A stretch of 62,890 bases of DNA, filler included, from Octopus bimaculoides (GCF_001194135.2; 7 parts of 7 records of this genome joined end to end with filler, not necessarily neighbours in it); one strand, 5' to 3'; shown: positions 38,285-52,519, counted from the whole stretch's first letter. Translations and numbers: made by a program. Notes: generated by a model not told the origin, from the letters alone.

Positions 38285-39051
38285 TGTATGTATGCATGCA
38301 TGTATGCATGTATGTATGTTTGCAAGTATGAATTTATGTGAAAACCATCAAGTAATAGAGCTTGATTGCTGGTAGGTGAAAAGCATAGTTTTCTGGTGAA
38401 TGATATAGAATATCACTAAGTATGTCAAAAAGGTAAATTTGCTCGACCTTAAACTATATTCATAAATAAAATATTAGTGATTAATTAAATCTGGTGGTTG
38501 AAAGCCAACCCCAACCCGCCCTAAATATCAGGGCATTCTTTCTAGAAACCTACGTATTTAGTCGAATTGATTTCATGAATGTTCGGCAATGTAACTTAAG
38601 CAAGATAAGAAACGAAAGTATTTCACGATTAATTTAGGATGTTGATATGTAATATCGCCAATATTTTTGAAGGGTTGTTTGTATCATATTGCTGAATTCG
38701 TAATTGTTTCATACAGAAACACTGGTTAAAACTTCGGTAACTTAACAGTCTGCACGTTATAATTTTTCTGGCTCGTCCCCATCTCCAAATATTAGTAATT
38801 GTATTCAAAAGAAAATATTTTAATGAACATAAAATTCATATAGTGTAGTTACCTTGCACACACTGGGTGTTAATGTAAAATATGAAGGTCTGAATGGAGA
38901 GAACGAAAAACATTTAAGGAGTTCACAAAGATAGTAAAACTCACAGCGATTACCAAAAATCAATAAAACAGCTTGTATAAGCAGTAACTGAAAATACAGT
39001 GTATATGTCAACAAAAAGTAACAAAGCAAAACAAATTGAATTTTCAAACTC

Positions 39052-39201
39052 TAGGCGCAGGAGTAGCTATATGGTAAGTAGCTTGCTTACCAACTACATG
39101 GTTCCGGGTCCCCGTGGCACATTGGTTAAGTGCATTCTACTATAGCCTCGAGCGTTGTGAGTGGATTTGGTAGGCGGAAACTGAAAGAAGCCCGTCGTGT
39201 T

Positions 39202-39235
<34 letters not shown>

Positions 39236-39470
39236 TGTGTATGTTTGTGTTTGTGAGTATGTTTTTGTGTCTGTGTTTGTCCCTCACCATCGCTTGACAA
39301 CCGATGTTCGTGTGTTTACATCTCCGTAACGTAGCGGTTCAGGAAAACAGACCGATAGAATAAGTACTAGGCTTACAAAAAATAAGTCCTGGGATCGATT
39401 TGTTCGACTAAAGGCAGTGCTCCAGTATGGCCGCAGTCAAATGACTGAAACAAATAAAAGAATAAAAGAA
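39052..39470 (+). mobile_element. Family B SINE, near full length
   Basis: TAGGCGCAGGAGTAGCTATATGGTAAGTAGC head, internal (TG)n and standard tail. Confidence 0.9.
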
Positions 39471-39779
39471 TATATCATATTCTACGCAAAAGTGGACTAT
39501 ACAGAGTATTAGTTTATGATATTGAAACAGCTAGGAAGAAATGGACTTTACCTAGTGTACATTTTACAATCTCGGGAATTATGCACAGATAATCTACATC
39601 ACATTGGAAACTATATGAGGGTCGTAAAAAACATGATTTCAAACCTATATAAAATATGCAAATATTAATAGCAAAACTAATCTAGTAGATTATGTGAACA
39701 TTTGCCATCGCCTGTATCATTTTATTTTAACTTAAAACATTTAAAATTTGGTGCAGATGCAAAATTTATATATGATGGG

Positions 39780-41480
39780 CTTCTAAGTTGTTTGAAATGA
39801 GTATACTTGCACGGTTAAGTGTCATTGAACAAAATGTATTAGTGTGATCAAGAATATCAATTGCTCTGGTTTTGCATGAGGAATTAGTTGACGACTTAAA
39901 AATATTCGTTATCTGTTGACGAATCAAGTGATATAAGCCTCATATAAACTAATGTGCTTGTGTGTGAAGTATTTTTCCCATTACCATCAAAGCGTGCAAA
40001 TATCCATCTAGTAGTAAAAACTATCGAAAGTCTATAGCGAAAATAAAAATTCTTAACATTAATCCGACAAAGACATTGATCTAACAGGAAAATAGTAATA
40101 TCAAGTGTTGGCTTTAACGCAGAGTGCGTTACAAGTGAATTTCCTTTCTGAATACAAATGTAAGGATATATTACCACTAGTCACATCCCATGCCCTAAAC
40201 AATTTTCAAAGTATATGAGCAAACAAGCTTTGAAAGGGATTTTAAACATTATGCAACAAATGAAAGGAAACTGATAGAGGGAAAGAACAATTGCACACAA
40301 GCCAAAAATACTAGAGCAATGTCTTTTAGCAATCTTTTAACCATGTGACTGCCATACTTCCATTTTGTGGACGCCGCTCAGTGTGTGCCAAAATCATTCA
40401 GTTCCAGACCTAAGCAGTGAAAATTACTTAAACATCATATAGTTTGATCTTTACACAGTATGTCAGAAACCGTGTGGTCTAACTGATTTAAAAGTATCAA
40501 ACCTTTTGCCGCTCATCTTACCTGCAATTAGATAGCATTGACAAAATTAACAGCCAAGACTGGGCATGGAAGGAACGGGGTAAACCTAAAAAGTTGCCAT
40601 TTGGTCATTCGGACTATAAAGGCACAGTAAATGTGCGGGGATTGAACATTGAAACCCTCATTGAAGTTTTGATGAAATCGTGAGAGAGCTAGAAAAGTAT
40701 TTGAAATAGAGTGAATGGTGGCATCAGAACTTACTCGACTGCTGACATTTATGAATGGTTTCTCCCATTGTTTTGATGCGCCATTTAAAAAAAAAATCTC
40801 TAATAAAACTGTCGGCAATTTGATGACACAGGGATGCTAGTACTTTATATAAAGCAGCAATAAACTTAATCAGTTAATGAAATAGACTTTTCTGGCATTT
40901 TTGCTTGGGAAACGTTTAAGTTAACTGCTGAAATAAATATCTCAGGCAACGCTTGTCTCTGTACTTAAGCTTGCTAAATCAACAAGTCGGGTTTGAATCG
41001 TAGTAGACCTTTGACTCAGAGTAGACCTTAAAAGAGTTAGTTAATCAGGCACTCCTATCTGCGCGGGCGTGTAAGTCGAAAGAGAAGAAAATTGCAATGA
41101 CAAAACACTTGCTGTTAACCTGGCAAAAATAACTGAAAAGATGATTCAGAAAATCTGTTTTATGATTTGATTTATACTATCATTATGCAGTTAAACGGTT
41201 GGTTGAAATTTTAGATCTCTAGTGGGAATACCCTACAATGACAGAATGTCAATTAGAAAGAAGTAAAAGGATTAGCACACCAATATCCTTGACCATTAAC
41301 GTCATTAGGATAGTGGTGGTCTGATCTAATATACTACTGATATAGAAGTAAGATGAATATTTAACAAAACAGTTGAAAAACGAGAACTGAAGTCTTTAGA
41401 ATTGCTAAATCTCTTAACTAACAACAACCTTTGTGAAATATTTCCTGGCGTTTGCACGAGTTCGAGCTAATACAAACATA
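39780..41480 (+). mobile_element. Highly decayed hAT transposase relic
   Basis: KYSLSVDESSDIS (first catalytic D, ~39900-39940), KLMCLCVKYFS, CDCH (CxxH, ~40345) and AIR* (RW motif, ~40523) occur in the correct order. The 3' extent past ~40700 is less certain. Confidence 0.6.
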
Positions 41481-41794
41481 TCAAAAACTCTTTTAAGGTC
41501 TACTCTGAGTCAAAGGTCTATTACGATTCAAACCCGACTTGTTGATTTAGCAAGCTTAAGTACAGAGACAAGCGTTGCCTGAGATATTTATTTCAGCAGT
41601 TAACTTAAACGTTTCCCAAGGAAAAATGCCAGAAAAGTCTATTTCATTAACTGATTAAGTTTATTGCTGCTTTATATAAAGTACTAGCATCCCTGTGTCA
41701 TCAAATTGCCGACAGTTTTATTCGAGATTTTTTTTTTTTAATGGCGCATCAAAACAATGGGAGAAACCATTCATAAATGTCAGCAGTCGAGTAA
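40731..41794. repeat. Near-perfect long inverted repeat: arms 40731-41038 and 41486-41794, 447-bp spacer
   Basis: By eye the arms differ at only about 3 substitutions plus homopolymer length. Confidence 0.95.
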
Positions 41795-41809
41795 ATATAT
41801 GTATATACA

Positions 41810-42640
41810 TAGAACAAAATTGAAGTACCTCAGCAATCAGATACGGTAGTAACGTCTCGGTTGAAAATATTATTGTCCACACGTTATATCGATGTTTGCG
41901 CCAATAATAAAAATCCTAGTTTCAGAATTTTTCCCCTCTACCAATTCAGAGACGATACATCCTACAGCCAAAGAATAAGTAAAGAATTTCTTTTCATCAC
42001 AAAATACAGACCCCTTCTGAACGCATCTACAACGAATGACATATCCACACACACAAATATTAAAACACACACACAAATATTAAAAATGATAAACTCCAAA
42101 TAGATACGCAAGGAATTATTAAAAAAATATAAAATATATAAAAAAACAACCTAATCACTACTCACTCGACTAGTTACTATCACTCTTTCCTGCATTTTAT
42201 TATTACAATTTCCTTCCTTCTCCCCATCCCTCATCTTCTTCTTCCTTTCCACCACCTCCTCCCTTACCTTAGTACTACTACTGCTGTCTAGAATAACACC
42301 CACACAAACATTATAAACAATACAGGTCAATGCAGGACACCCAACCAATTAACACTGCTACTATCATAGCACTCCTTCGAACCCACAAGAGTTAACAAGT
42401 GAAACAGAGACAGGCAGAAACAAGAAAAATGCCCCTGTTACTTGAATACTATACAAATATGTCTTTAAAAAGACTTTTCTTTTAAATTTACCAAAATTTA
42501 ATTTTTCAATAATTTTTCAAAAATCTATTATTCATATTTACTGTTGAAAAGATCTCAAGGATCGAAACCGGTTCTGTAATGTTCTTTATAAAAGTATTTT
42601 AGCATTTTCTACTTTGTCTTTTTTCAATATATATCTACTC
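41810..42640 (+). mobile_element. Penelope-like element 3' end (GIY-YIG C-terminus and 3' UTR)
   Basis: YIDVCANNKNPSFRIFPLYQF....RISKEFLFITKYRPLLN resembles the C-terminus of PLE GIY-YIG domains. A degenerate hammerhead-like motif follows at about 42537-42580. Confidence 0.6.
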
Positions 42641-42755
42641 GTGTGTTCCTCTTCANNNNNNNNNNNNNNNNNNNNNNNNNNNNNNNNNNNNNNNNNNNNT
42701 TAATTAATTAANNNNNNNNNNNNNNNNNNNNNNNNNNNNNNNNNNNNNNNNNNNN

Positions 42756-42823
<68 letters not shown>

Positions 42824-43219
42824 AGTATGCATGCATCCGAGCGAGGATGGAGAAGGAGGGACAGGAAGAGGGGTTGTAAATTGGTTTATCATATAAAACT
42901 AGTGTTGACCCGTCAGTGGACAGAGTAATTCGGATCAGGAAGAGTATTTAAGGATTCGGCGTCGATGGAAAAGTAAATGACGGGTGGGGGATGGATGCAG
43001 ATTGGGGAGACGTGAGTCGGAGTGGATAAGAAGTAGAAGGGGATGATGGGGAAAAGAAAGATGCTGGTACAAGATGATATTAGTGATAGTGATGATGATG
43101 ATGATGATGATGAGGAGGAGGAGGAGGATGACGACGATAAAAAAGAGAAGCAGACGAAGAGAAAGGAGAGGAAGAAGTAGTGAAAGAAGAAGAAAAATAA
43201 TAAGAAAGTAGTAGTAGTC

Positions 43220-43268
<49 letters not shown>

Positions 43269-43905
43269 AAGAAGAAGGAGACGAAGAAGAAGAAGAAGAA
43301 GAAGAAGAAGAAGAAGAAGAAGAAGAAGAAGAAGAAGAAGAAGAAGAAGAAGAAGAAGAAGAAGAGGTAGATGGGGCAGATGAAAGAAAGATAAAAAGGA
43401 GAAGTCGGAGGCAGAGTTCATGGTGGAAAAGGAGAATTGAGATTGGACGAGAAGGAAGAAGAAGATGAAGAAGACAAATACATTGAGGTTATAGTTAACA
43501 CCGTTAACATTGGTGCAATGAAATTGTACCTTCGAGGGCAGCTGCTGCAAACGAACCATAAGTTATGAGCGAGTGATTCCATCATTCTCACGACAGATGG
43601 CGCACTGCACTCTATCTAACCACATGGCGGTATAAAGATGATGAGATTTTTAACTAAGCATACGCAAACACACACAGACACACACACACACACACACACA
43701 CTAACATGCGCAAGCACACACACACACACACACAAACATGCACACACACATGTACACACACATACAACATACACACACATGCACGCATAAATTGGATGAA
43801 AATATGTGTATATAAACATATATATATATACACGTTCAAATACACACATATCTGTGTGTATAACGTACTTATAAGGCATATATGTGTATGTGTGTTAGTG
43901 TGTGG

Positions 43906-43952
<47 letters not shown>

Positions 43953-44133
43953 TGTTTGTGCATGTACATGTGGGAACTTAAATATCAGAGGCATTGCTGT
44001 GTGGTAGGAATCTAGCTTCTCAATCACATGGTTCTGGGTTCAGTCCTACTGAGCGGCACCTCGGCACCTATCGTCGGCCCAACCAAAGCCTTGTGAGTGG
44101 ATTTGATAGACAGAAACTGAAAGAAACCTGTGG

Positions 44134-44188
<55 letters not shown>

Positions 44189-45998
44189 NNNNNNNNNNNN
44201 NNNNNNNNNNNNNNNNNNNNNNNNNNNNNNNNNNNNNNNNNNNNNNNNNNNNNNNNNNNNNNNNNNNNNNNNNNNNNNNNNNNNNNNNNNNNNNNNNNNN
44301 NNNNNNNNNNNNNNNNNNNNNNNNNNNNNNNNNNNNNNNNNNNNNNNNNNNNNNNNNNNNNNNNNNNNNNNNNNNNNNNNNNNNNNNNNNNNNNNNNNNN
44401 NNNNNNNNNNNNNNNNNNNNNNNNNNNNNNNNNNNNNNNNNNNNNNNNNNNNNNNNNNNNNNNNNNNNNNNNNNNNNNNNNNNNNNNNNNNNNNNNNNNN
44501 NNNNNNNNNNNNNNNNNNNNNNNNNNNNNNNNNNNNNNNNNNNNNNNNNNNNNNNNNNNNNNNNNNNNNNNNNNNNNNNNNNNNNNNNNNNNNCGTGCGA
44601 ATGGAATAACTGAAAGGTGATACATATATAGAGAATAGGACATGGAAGAAGAATAAAAAAAAAAAAAACCTAAAGGGAAAAAATACTAGAAAACATGGAA
44701 GTGTGAATCATGGAAAGAAAAATAAATGAAAGAAAAGAGAGAAATTCTAATTGAAAGTAAATATATTTAAAGTCAGAGAAGAAACGAACGAAATAAAGAA
44801 AGAAAATTTATAGACGGAATAAGAATTGAAAAAAGAGTGAAAAAATAAAAAGGAAGAAAAATAGAAAGAGAGAAAGAAAGAATAGGAGGAGGGAAGAAAA
44901 TATTAAGAAAGATAAACGTGAAGAAAGAAAAGGAAAATAAAGACGTCTTGAAATATGGTTAATGCTATAAAATTTGTGTTAATGAAGAAATTCGTTTGAT
45001 AATGCGACGAAACAGTGCTAAATAAATAAGTAAATAAATACGGGAAACGTGATGCACACACATAGATACACACAAACCTATACAAAGGCATACACAGGAA
45101 AACAAAAAAAAATATATATAAAAGGAAGGAAAACAAATGTTTAAAGCGAAAAATAAACTTTGGGAACGGTGAGCAAAATAACAACGATAAAAAAAAAAAC
45201 TAAAAAGGGAGGAATTTCGTATTCATGAGAGGATTTTGTAAAACAAATATATATGTGATGGACGTAATATCCGTAAGCTTAGATAGTAAGTGGGAAATGG
45301 AACTTCACAAAGTATTAAGGCGGCCGCAGGTAGAAGGTAGGGAGGGAACTTTCATTAGTATAGCGGTGGTAAGTAAAAGAAATGCTTGGTTGTTGTTCTA
45401 GTATTAGCTGCTGTTGATTTTGTTGTTTAACACCAGGTTAAGCCCAGGTTAGGTCAGATGTGTCCCAATCGTGACCATCTAGTTCTTTTCCTAAATCAAG
45501 CATAATTATGTGTTGTTCTAAAACGATGGTGTGGGTCGGGACCCGTGATTTAACGAAAATTGAGCTGCTAATTTTAATAGATCAATCGACATCCACGTCG
45601 GTGACTAGGGTTCTCAGTATAAGGGGCTACATTGGTTTCGTGTGAGGAGAGTGCTTTCAAAGGATGATGGTTTTGCTGCTGTTACTCTTATGCTTGTGTT
45701 TTTTTTTCAAAATCTTAGCCCTGAGGGGATGTCACTATAATCAAGATGATTCCAACTATGACCATTCCGGTGTATTTTATAGATATAGGATCAGGATGGG
45801 CTCAAGGACCTAGGAATTCCCATCGGAGCGACGTAGATTTTCGTTCAATCCCATTGCGTTGTATCTCCGTTTACGGTTTACTATGATATCCACGAATAGA
45901 CAAATACCTAATTCAGACTATTTTTAGGCAGAAACTAATCGAAAGTCATCATAAATTCACATACAAACACCAGAAACACACACACACAAACACACACA

Positions 45999-46051
<53 letters not shown>

Positions 46052-46106
46052 AGAATACATGCAAACACAAACACACACCCATACAAAAGAACACATATAT
46101 ACACAG

Positions 46107-46325
46107 CAGGGCGGCGAGCTGGCAGAATCGTTAGCACGCCGGGAGAAATGCTTAGCGGTATTTCGTCTGCCGTTACGTTCTGAGTTCAAATTCCGGCGAG
46201 TTCGACTTTGCCTTTCATCTTTTCGGGGTCGATTAAATAAGTACCAGTTACGCACTGAGGTTGATGAAATCGACTTAAACATTTTGTTTGTCTCCTCTAT
46301 ATTTAGCCCCCTGTGGGCAATAAAG
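46107..46325 (+). mobile_element. Family C SINE, full length
   Basis: GGCGGCGAGCTGGCAGAATCGTTAGCACGCCGGG..GTTCAAATTCCGGC..GGGGTCGATTAAATAAGTACCAG. Confidence 0.88.
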
Positions 46326-47426
46326 ATATATTTATATACACACATATATACTTACACACATACATATATACATACATGCATACGTAAACACATACATACA
46401 TACATACATGCATGTATGCATGTAACAGCCGGAGCTTCTGATGGACTCAAGGACCTAAAGTTTCGTTATTGAGATTTGCACCTTATGACGATTATTAAAA
46501 ATAAAAATGTGCAGATATTTATGCTTGGCACTTGGCTTCTCCTGTTTGCACGCACGCGCTCGCATATGCACAAAAACACATACACCCTCATGTATTTGTG
46601 TGTCTGACGTATTTTGCTCACCGATTGACAAGCACCGCTGTTTGTTATTATATTCAATAATAATTTAAATTGTGTTATTTTTAAAAATCTGGTGGGTGAT
46701 CTGGGGGACGTTTATTTGAATTTCCTAGTGAATTCATCAGCAACAAGCTTTTTACATAATTCGTATTTTGTTTGTTACTCTCGTGTAAATTGTGACAGAG
46801 ATAGAGTTGGGCGTTGGTGGCGATGGACGGTTTAAATATGTCTTAGCTGCTTCTGGTTATGGTCAGAGAAAGTAGTGGAAGTGGTGAAATTCGGTTTTTC
46901 TGATGGCTGTGGAGCTGGTACAAGTATGGACACTGACGGCGTTGATGATATCAGATATGTTCGTAGTGATAATATAATTCTCGTTATTGTTGTTGTCGTT
47001 GAAGAAAATGGAACTGATGATGTTGGCGACGTTGGTGTTATTGGTAGTAGAGGTGGCGGTAGCGATGGTGGTGAAGGTCATGCTGGCAGTGGTGCTGGTG
47101 GAGATGGTGCTTGGAATGATGGCGGTAGCTTTCTTTGTATCGATGTTAGTTGGTTAATAATGAGGTGTTGTCTGTTTATTCACATCAAACGGGATATCTC
47201 TGACTGATTAAATATATACGTTTGTTTATAGGTGTACAACCTTTTACAATCTTACCAAGTTCCAACAATGTATACGTGTTCTTTCTTAAATAGACATATA
47301 CTCATGAACAAACGAATAGGTATATACAACTACGTTAATTTATGCGTATACGTATATCTATGTGTATATATATATATGTATATGTATATATATATCTATA
47401 TGTATGTGTATATGTATATGTATGTG

Positions 47427-47458
<32 letters not shown>

Positions 47459-47626
47459 NNNNNNNNNNNNNNNNNNNNNNNNNNNNNNNNNNNNNNNNNN
47501 NNNNNNNNNNNNNNNNNNNNNNNNNNNNNNNNNNNNNNNNNNNNNNNNNNNNNNNNNNNNNNNNNNNNNNNNNNNNNNNNNNNNNNNNNNNNNNNNNNNN
47601 NNNNNNNNNNNNNNNNNNNNNNNNNN

Positions 47627-47659
<33 letters not shown>

Positions 47660-47664
47660 ATATA

Positions 47665-48050
47665 GGCATAGGAGTGGCTGACTGGTAAGTAGCTTGCCTA
47701 CCAACCACATAGTTCCGGGTTCAGTCCCACTGCATAGTACTTTGGGCAAGTCTCTTCTACTCTAGCCTCGGGCCGACCAAGACCTTGTGAGAGGATTTGG
47801 TAGACGGAAACTGAAAGAAGCCCGCCGTGTATATGCGTGTTTGTGTGTGTGTGAGAGAGTGAGAGAGAGAATATGTTTGTGTGTCTGTGTTTGCCCTCCC
47901 ACCATCGCTCGGCCACCGATGTTGGTATGTTTATTTCACCGTTATGTAGCGGTTCGGCAAAAGCGAACGACAGAATAAGTGCTAGGTTTACAAAGAATAA
48001 GTCCTCCTGTCGAATTTCTGGCCACAGTCAAATGACTGAAACAAGTAAAA
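47665..48050 (+). mobile_element. Family B SINE
   Basis: Head, internal TG/GA tract and tail are all present. Confidence 0.85.
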
Positions 48051-48931
48051 GAATAAAAAAAAATCATATGTATTTATATATTTATCAACAAACCCGAAGG
48101 CTGTAAGTTACGGAGAAGAGCGACCACATAGGACTTTTTATAATAGATGTATTTATATATTATTATTCATTATGATAACATATGTTCCTATTGGAGCGGC
48201 TTGATCTAAAGAAACTGGCTGAAAAAAGATTACCTGAACCGGTAGGATTTGAACTTCAATGTACGCATCAAAAACTGATTAGTAGCATTTCGTTTGGTTT
48301 CCGTTTTCGCGTTCAAATTCCGCCGAGGACATCTTTGCCTTCCATCTTTTCGAGTTCGATGAAATAATTACCAGCTGAGGACCCCACCCACACTCCAAAA
48401 TGAAATTCCAGGTATTGTTCTCAAAATATAATGACTACCATATTCATCATCATCATCATCATCATTATCATCACCACCACCACCACCACCACCACCACCA
48501 CTATCACCACCGCCACCAGCCGCAGCGGCATCGGAATCAGATAGCGTGGTGTTACTAGCATCGTACATTGAAGTTATTTTTTATGTTTACCTCTAAAATA
48601 CTACCGTGAATTATCACGTGATGCAGCAGAGAGTGAAGATGCAGAGATAACAGCAACTGCATTTGATGCAGGCTACTGGCAGTGCAAAGATTACTATCCG
48701 GCAGCAGCCACAGCGGGTATACATTGCATGCTCTTGCAACTTGCCCGAAAGGCTGCATATTTAAGTAGATAAAACGGAACGCTTATAGACCATTTGTGGA
48801 CGGTTGTTGTGTCACAACTGTGATACGCTGATTATTTACACAAAGTCATAATGTCCTGGGTCGATTTATTGTTGACGTTTAATTATTGTCGCTACTGATG
48901 TTGTTGTTGTTGTTATTATCGATAATTTAGA

Positions 48932-48971
<40 letters not shown>

Positions 48972-51309
48972 GTATGATATCCCCACAAATTCTTTATACA
49001 TATATATAGCTGGACTGCTGAAATCTGCAAGATTTTTTCATTATTCTCTATTTTCTTTTATTCCCTTTTGTGGGAATATCTATCTATCTATCTATANNNN
49101 NNNNNNNNNNNNNNNNNNNNNNNNNNNNNNNNNNNNNNNNNNNNNNNNNNNNNNNNNNNNNNNNNNNNNNNNNNNNNNNNNNNNNNNNNNNNNNNNNNNN
49201 NNNNNNNNNNNNNNNNNNNNNNNNNNNNNNNNNNNNNNNNNNNNNNNNNNNNNNNNNNNNNNNNNNNNNNNNNNNNNNNNNNNNNNNNNNNNNNNNNNNN
49301 NNNNNNNNNNNNNNNNNNNNNNNNNNNNNNNNNNNNNNNNNNNNNNNNNNNNNNNNNNNNNNNNNNNNNNNNNNNNNNNNNNNNNNNNNNNNNNNNNNNN
49401 NNNNNNNNNNNNNNNNNNNNNNNNNNNNNNNNNNNNNNNNNNNNNNNNNNNNNNNNNNNNNNNNNNNNNNNNNNNNNNNNNNNNNNNNNNNNNNNNNNNN
49501 NNNNNNNNNNNNNNNNNNNNNNNNNNNNNNNNNNNNNNNNNNNNNNNNNNNNNNNNNNNNNNNNNNNNNNNNNNNNNNNNNNNNNNNNNNNNNNNNNNNN
49601 NNNNNNNNNNNNNNNNNNNNNNNNNNNNNNNNNNNNNNNNNNNNNNNNNNNNNNNNNNNNNNNNNNNNNNNNNNNNNNNNNNNNNNNNNNNNNNNNNNNN
49701 NNNNNNNNNNNNNNNNNNNNNNNNNNNNNNNNNNNNNNNNNNNNNNNNNNNNNNNNNNNNNNNNNNNNNNNNNNNNNNNNNNNNNNNNNNNNNNNNNNNN
49801 NNNNNNNNNNNNNNNNNNNNNNNNNNNNNNNNNNNNNNNNNNNNNNNNNNNNNNNNNNNNNNNNNNNNNNNNNNNNNNNNNNNNNNNNNNNNNNNNNNNN
49901 NNNNNNNNNNNNNNNNNNNNNNNNNNNNNNNNNNNNNNNNNNNNNNNNNNNNNNNNNNNNNNNNNNNNNNNNNNNNNNNNNNNNNNNNNNNNNNNNNNNN
50001 NNNNNNNNNNNNNNNNNNNNNNNNNNNNNNNNNNNNNNNTATATATATATATATATATATATTAGGGCATGCAGCTCACGGTAGTACGATCGTGATTCCT
50101 GGCGGTGCATTCCCACAGTCGTTTCAGCTAACTAAAAGATCTACCTGTATTACAAAGGACCAGCCCTGAATCTCCCTGAAAACTACGGTAAGTGCCCGCT
50201 TCTGTCTTGAGTGCTGAGTCACTTGCCCTTTTATTTAACGAGTAGGCTGTGTTGTTGAACGGATTAACTAGAACATACGTCGTCGAAAATGCCGGCGTGT
50301 CAGTAACACACATGCACAACATTATAAAGTGCATGTACAATTTTTGAGTCGCGGTTTTTGTTTTTCTGGGTGTATCTCTTTGTGTGCATGCGAGTGCTTT
50401 CTTGTATTGGTATATACATTTGTGTATCTGTGTGCGCATATGTATATATATATACACAACGTCGCATTCACCACAAGAGCCACTAGCATATGTACCACAA
50501 CATCCACTACTACAGACACCACCACTGACACAATGAATACAACAATCATCACCACAACCAATACCACTGCCACTACGTCCTCAAAAATGATGACCACAAC
50601 ATCCATCACCACAACCAATACCAGATGCACCTCTTTCACAACCTCCTCTACTAGATTTTCCGCATTCAATATCACCACAGTCACACAAAACACCACCTCC
50701 AAGATAACCGTATCCACCAAGACCACTAACAACAGTGCCGTGAGAATCTCCATACCACCACCACCACCACCACCGCCACCATCAACAACAACGACACTAC
50801 TACTATTGTCACATTCGCTACCATTACCACCAACACTACCACGACCACGAAGACGCTTATAAAAATGATAAAAACCACAAGCTATGTGTTTATTCCTGTG
50901 TGTAGAGTCCACGTTTGTAAAATGGTCTCAGTCGGTAATGTATTAGCAGCAATAAGAACACACGAATCATTTAACTCCTTGTTCATCATCGCTCAGCGAT
51001 GTTTCTGGAAGGAAGTAGAATTCCTGTGTTAGTTTCCTCTTCTTGAGATTCTTACGATTTCTTCATGTTTATCACCTGCTGTGTTCTGTAGGGCATTGAA
51101 CAAAACTGTGGGAGACAGCGCGGTGAGGGAATTGTGTGAGGGATTATTTGAGTAGTATAGAGTGTGTGTGTGTGTGTGTGTGTGTGTTTGTGTGCGAGCA
51201 TGTGTGTGTGTTTGTGTGTACGCGCGCGTGTGTATGTCTAACTATGCATATATATTCGTTTTTGTATGTATGAATAAATATCCATATACATGTACAGGAG
51301 TATACAGAC

Positions 51310-51340
<31 letters not shown>

Positions 51341-51345
51341 TGTAC

Positions 51346-51440
<95 letters not shown>

Positions 51441-52485
51441 CATACACACACTCATATATATATATATATATATATACACGCACACACACAGGCACGCAAA
51501 CACACAGGCCCGTAAAGACACAAACGCTAATAAACATATTTATATGTATACACATAGAAGCATATAAACATTCATAAATGCATATACACAAACATATATA
51601 CATATTTACATTCATACATACACATACATCATACACACACATATACATGGACGGATAAAATGAACGAAAACGAGAGAAACATATAGAGAGTTAGTGAGTA
51701 GAGGATCAAACCTGGTGTTAGACCTATTGGAGAGTGAGCGACGCAGAGAAGACATTGTGAATGAATGAGAGAGTGAGAAACAGAATGCAGAAAAGCGTAA
51801 TGTCTAGTGACAGAGAAATTGAGAGCCGTGCAAGACTGAGAAAACGGGTATAAAGAAGAGAAAAAAGTACGCGGTGAAGGACGAAAAGGTAGAGAAGGGG
51901 TAGAACGAAGAGATACATGCCTGGGTGGTAACCTGGGGGCTCAATACCGAGGTAGAACGGGATGAAAGTGAAAGGGAAAGGGAAAATAGGAAGTGAGGGA
52001 GAACAGAAGGGAGAGAGAGAGAGTGATGTAGGAGTGCCGCGCGAAGGAGGTAGAGACAAGGATAAAAATATGTCTGATAGATTCTAGGAAAGAAACGGCT
52101 TTGTAAAGCGTTCATTAGTGTAATGCAGTGAGTGACTACATATCAAGTCTCTCTACGATGGTGACAGCTACACGAATAGATGGATAAATGAATACAGAAA
52201 GAGAGAGGTGAGGAAATCGCGGGTGTGTAAGAAAGACAAAGACACAGGGACTGAGACACAGGGACTGAGACAGGGAGACAGAGAGGGAGATGGAGAGGGA
52301 GAGGTGCAGAGAAGGAGAGATGCATAGATATGCAAGAACATGTATCGACGTGTGAGTATGCGCGTCCGTTAGTGTGTGTGTGTGCGTGTGCGTATGTGTG
52401 TGCACGCACGTGCACTGTATTTATGTGTGTGGGCATGTGTGTGCTAATGTATCAAACAATACATATATATGTATATGCATATATG

Positions 52486-52519
<34 letters not shown>

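Noticed and set aside
50329-50862. Thr-rich mucin-like ORF, open on the opposite strand too
   Set aside because: It is a decayed ACC/ACT/AAC triplet tract with no splice signals or domain. Similar tracts occur at 46875-47150, 56680-57060 and 60130-60500.
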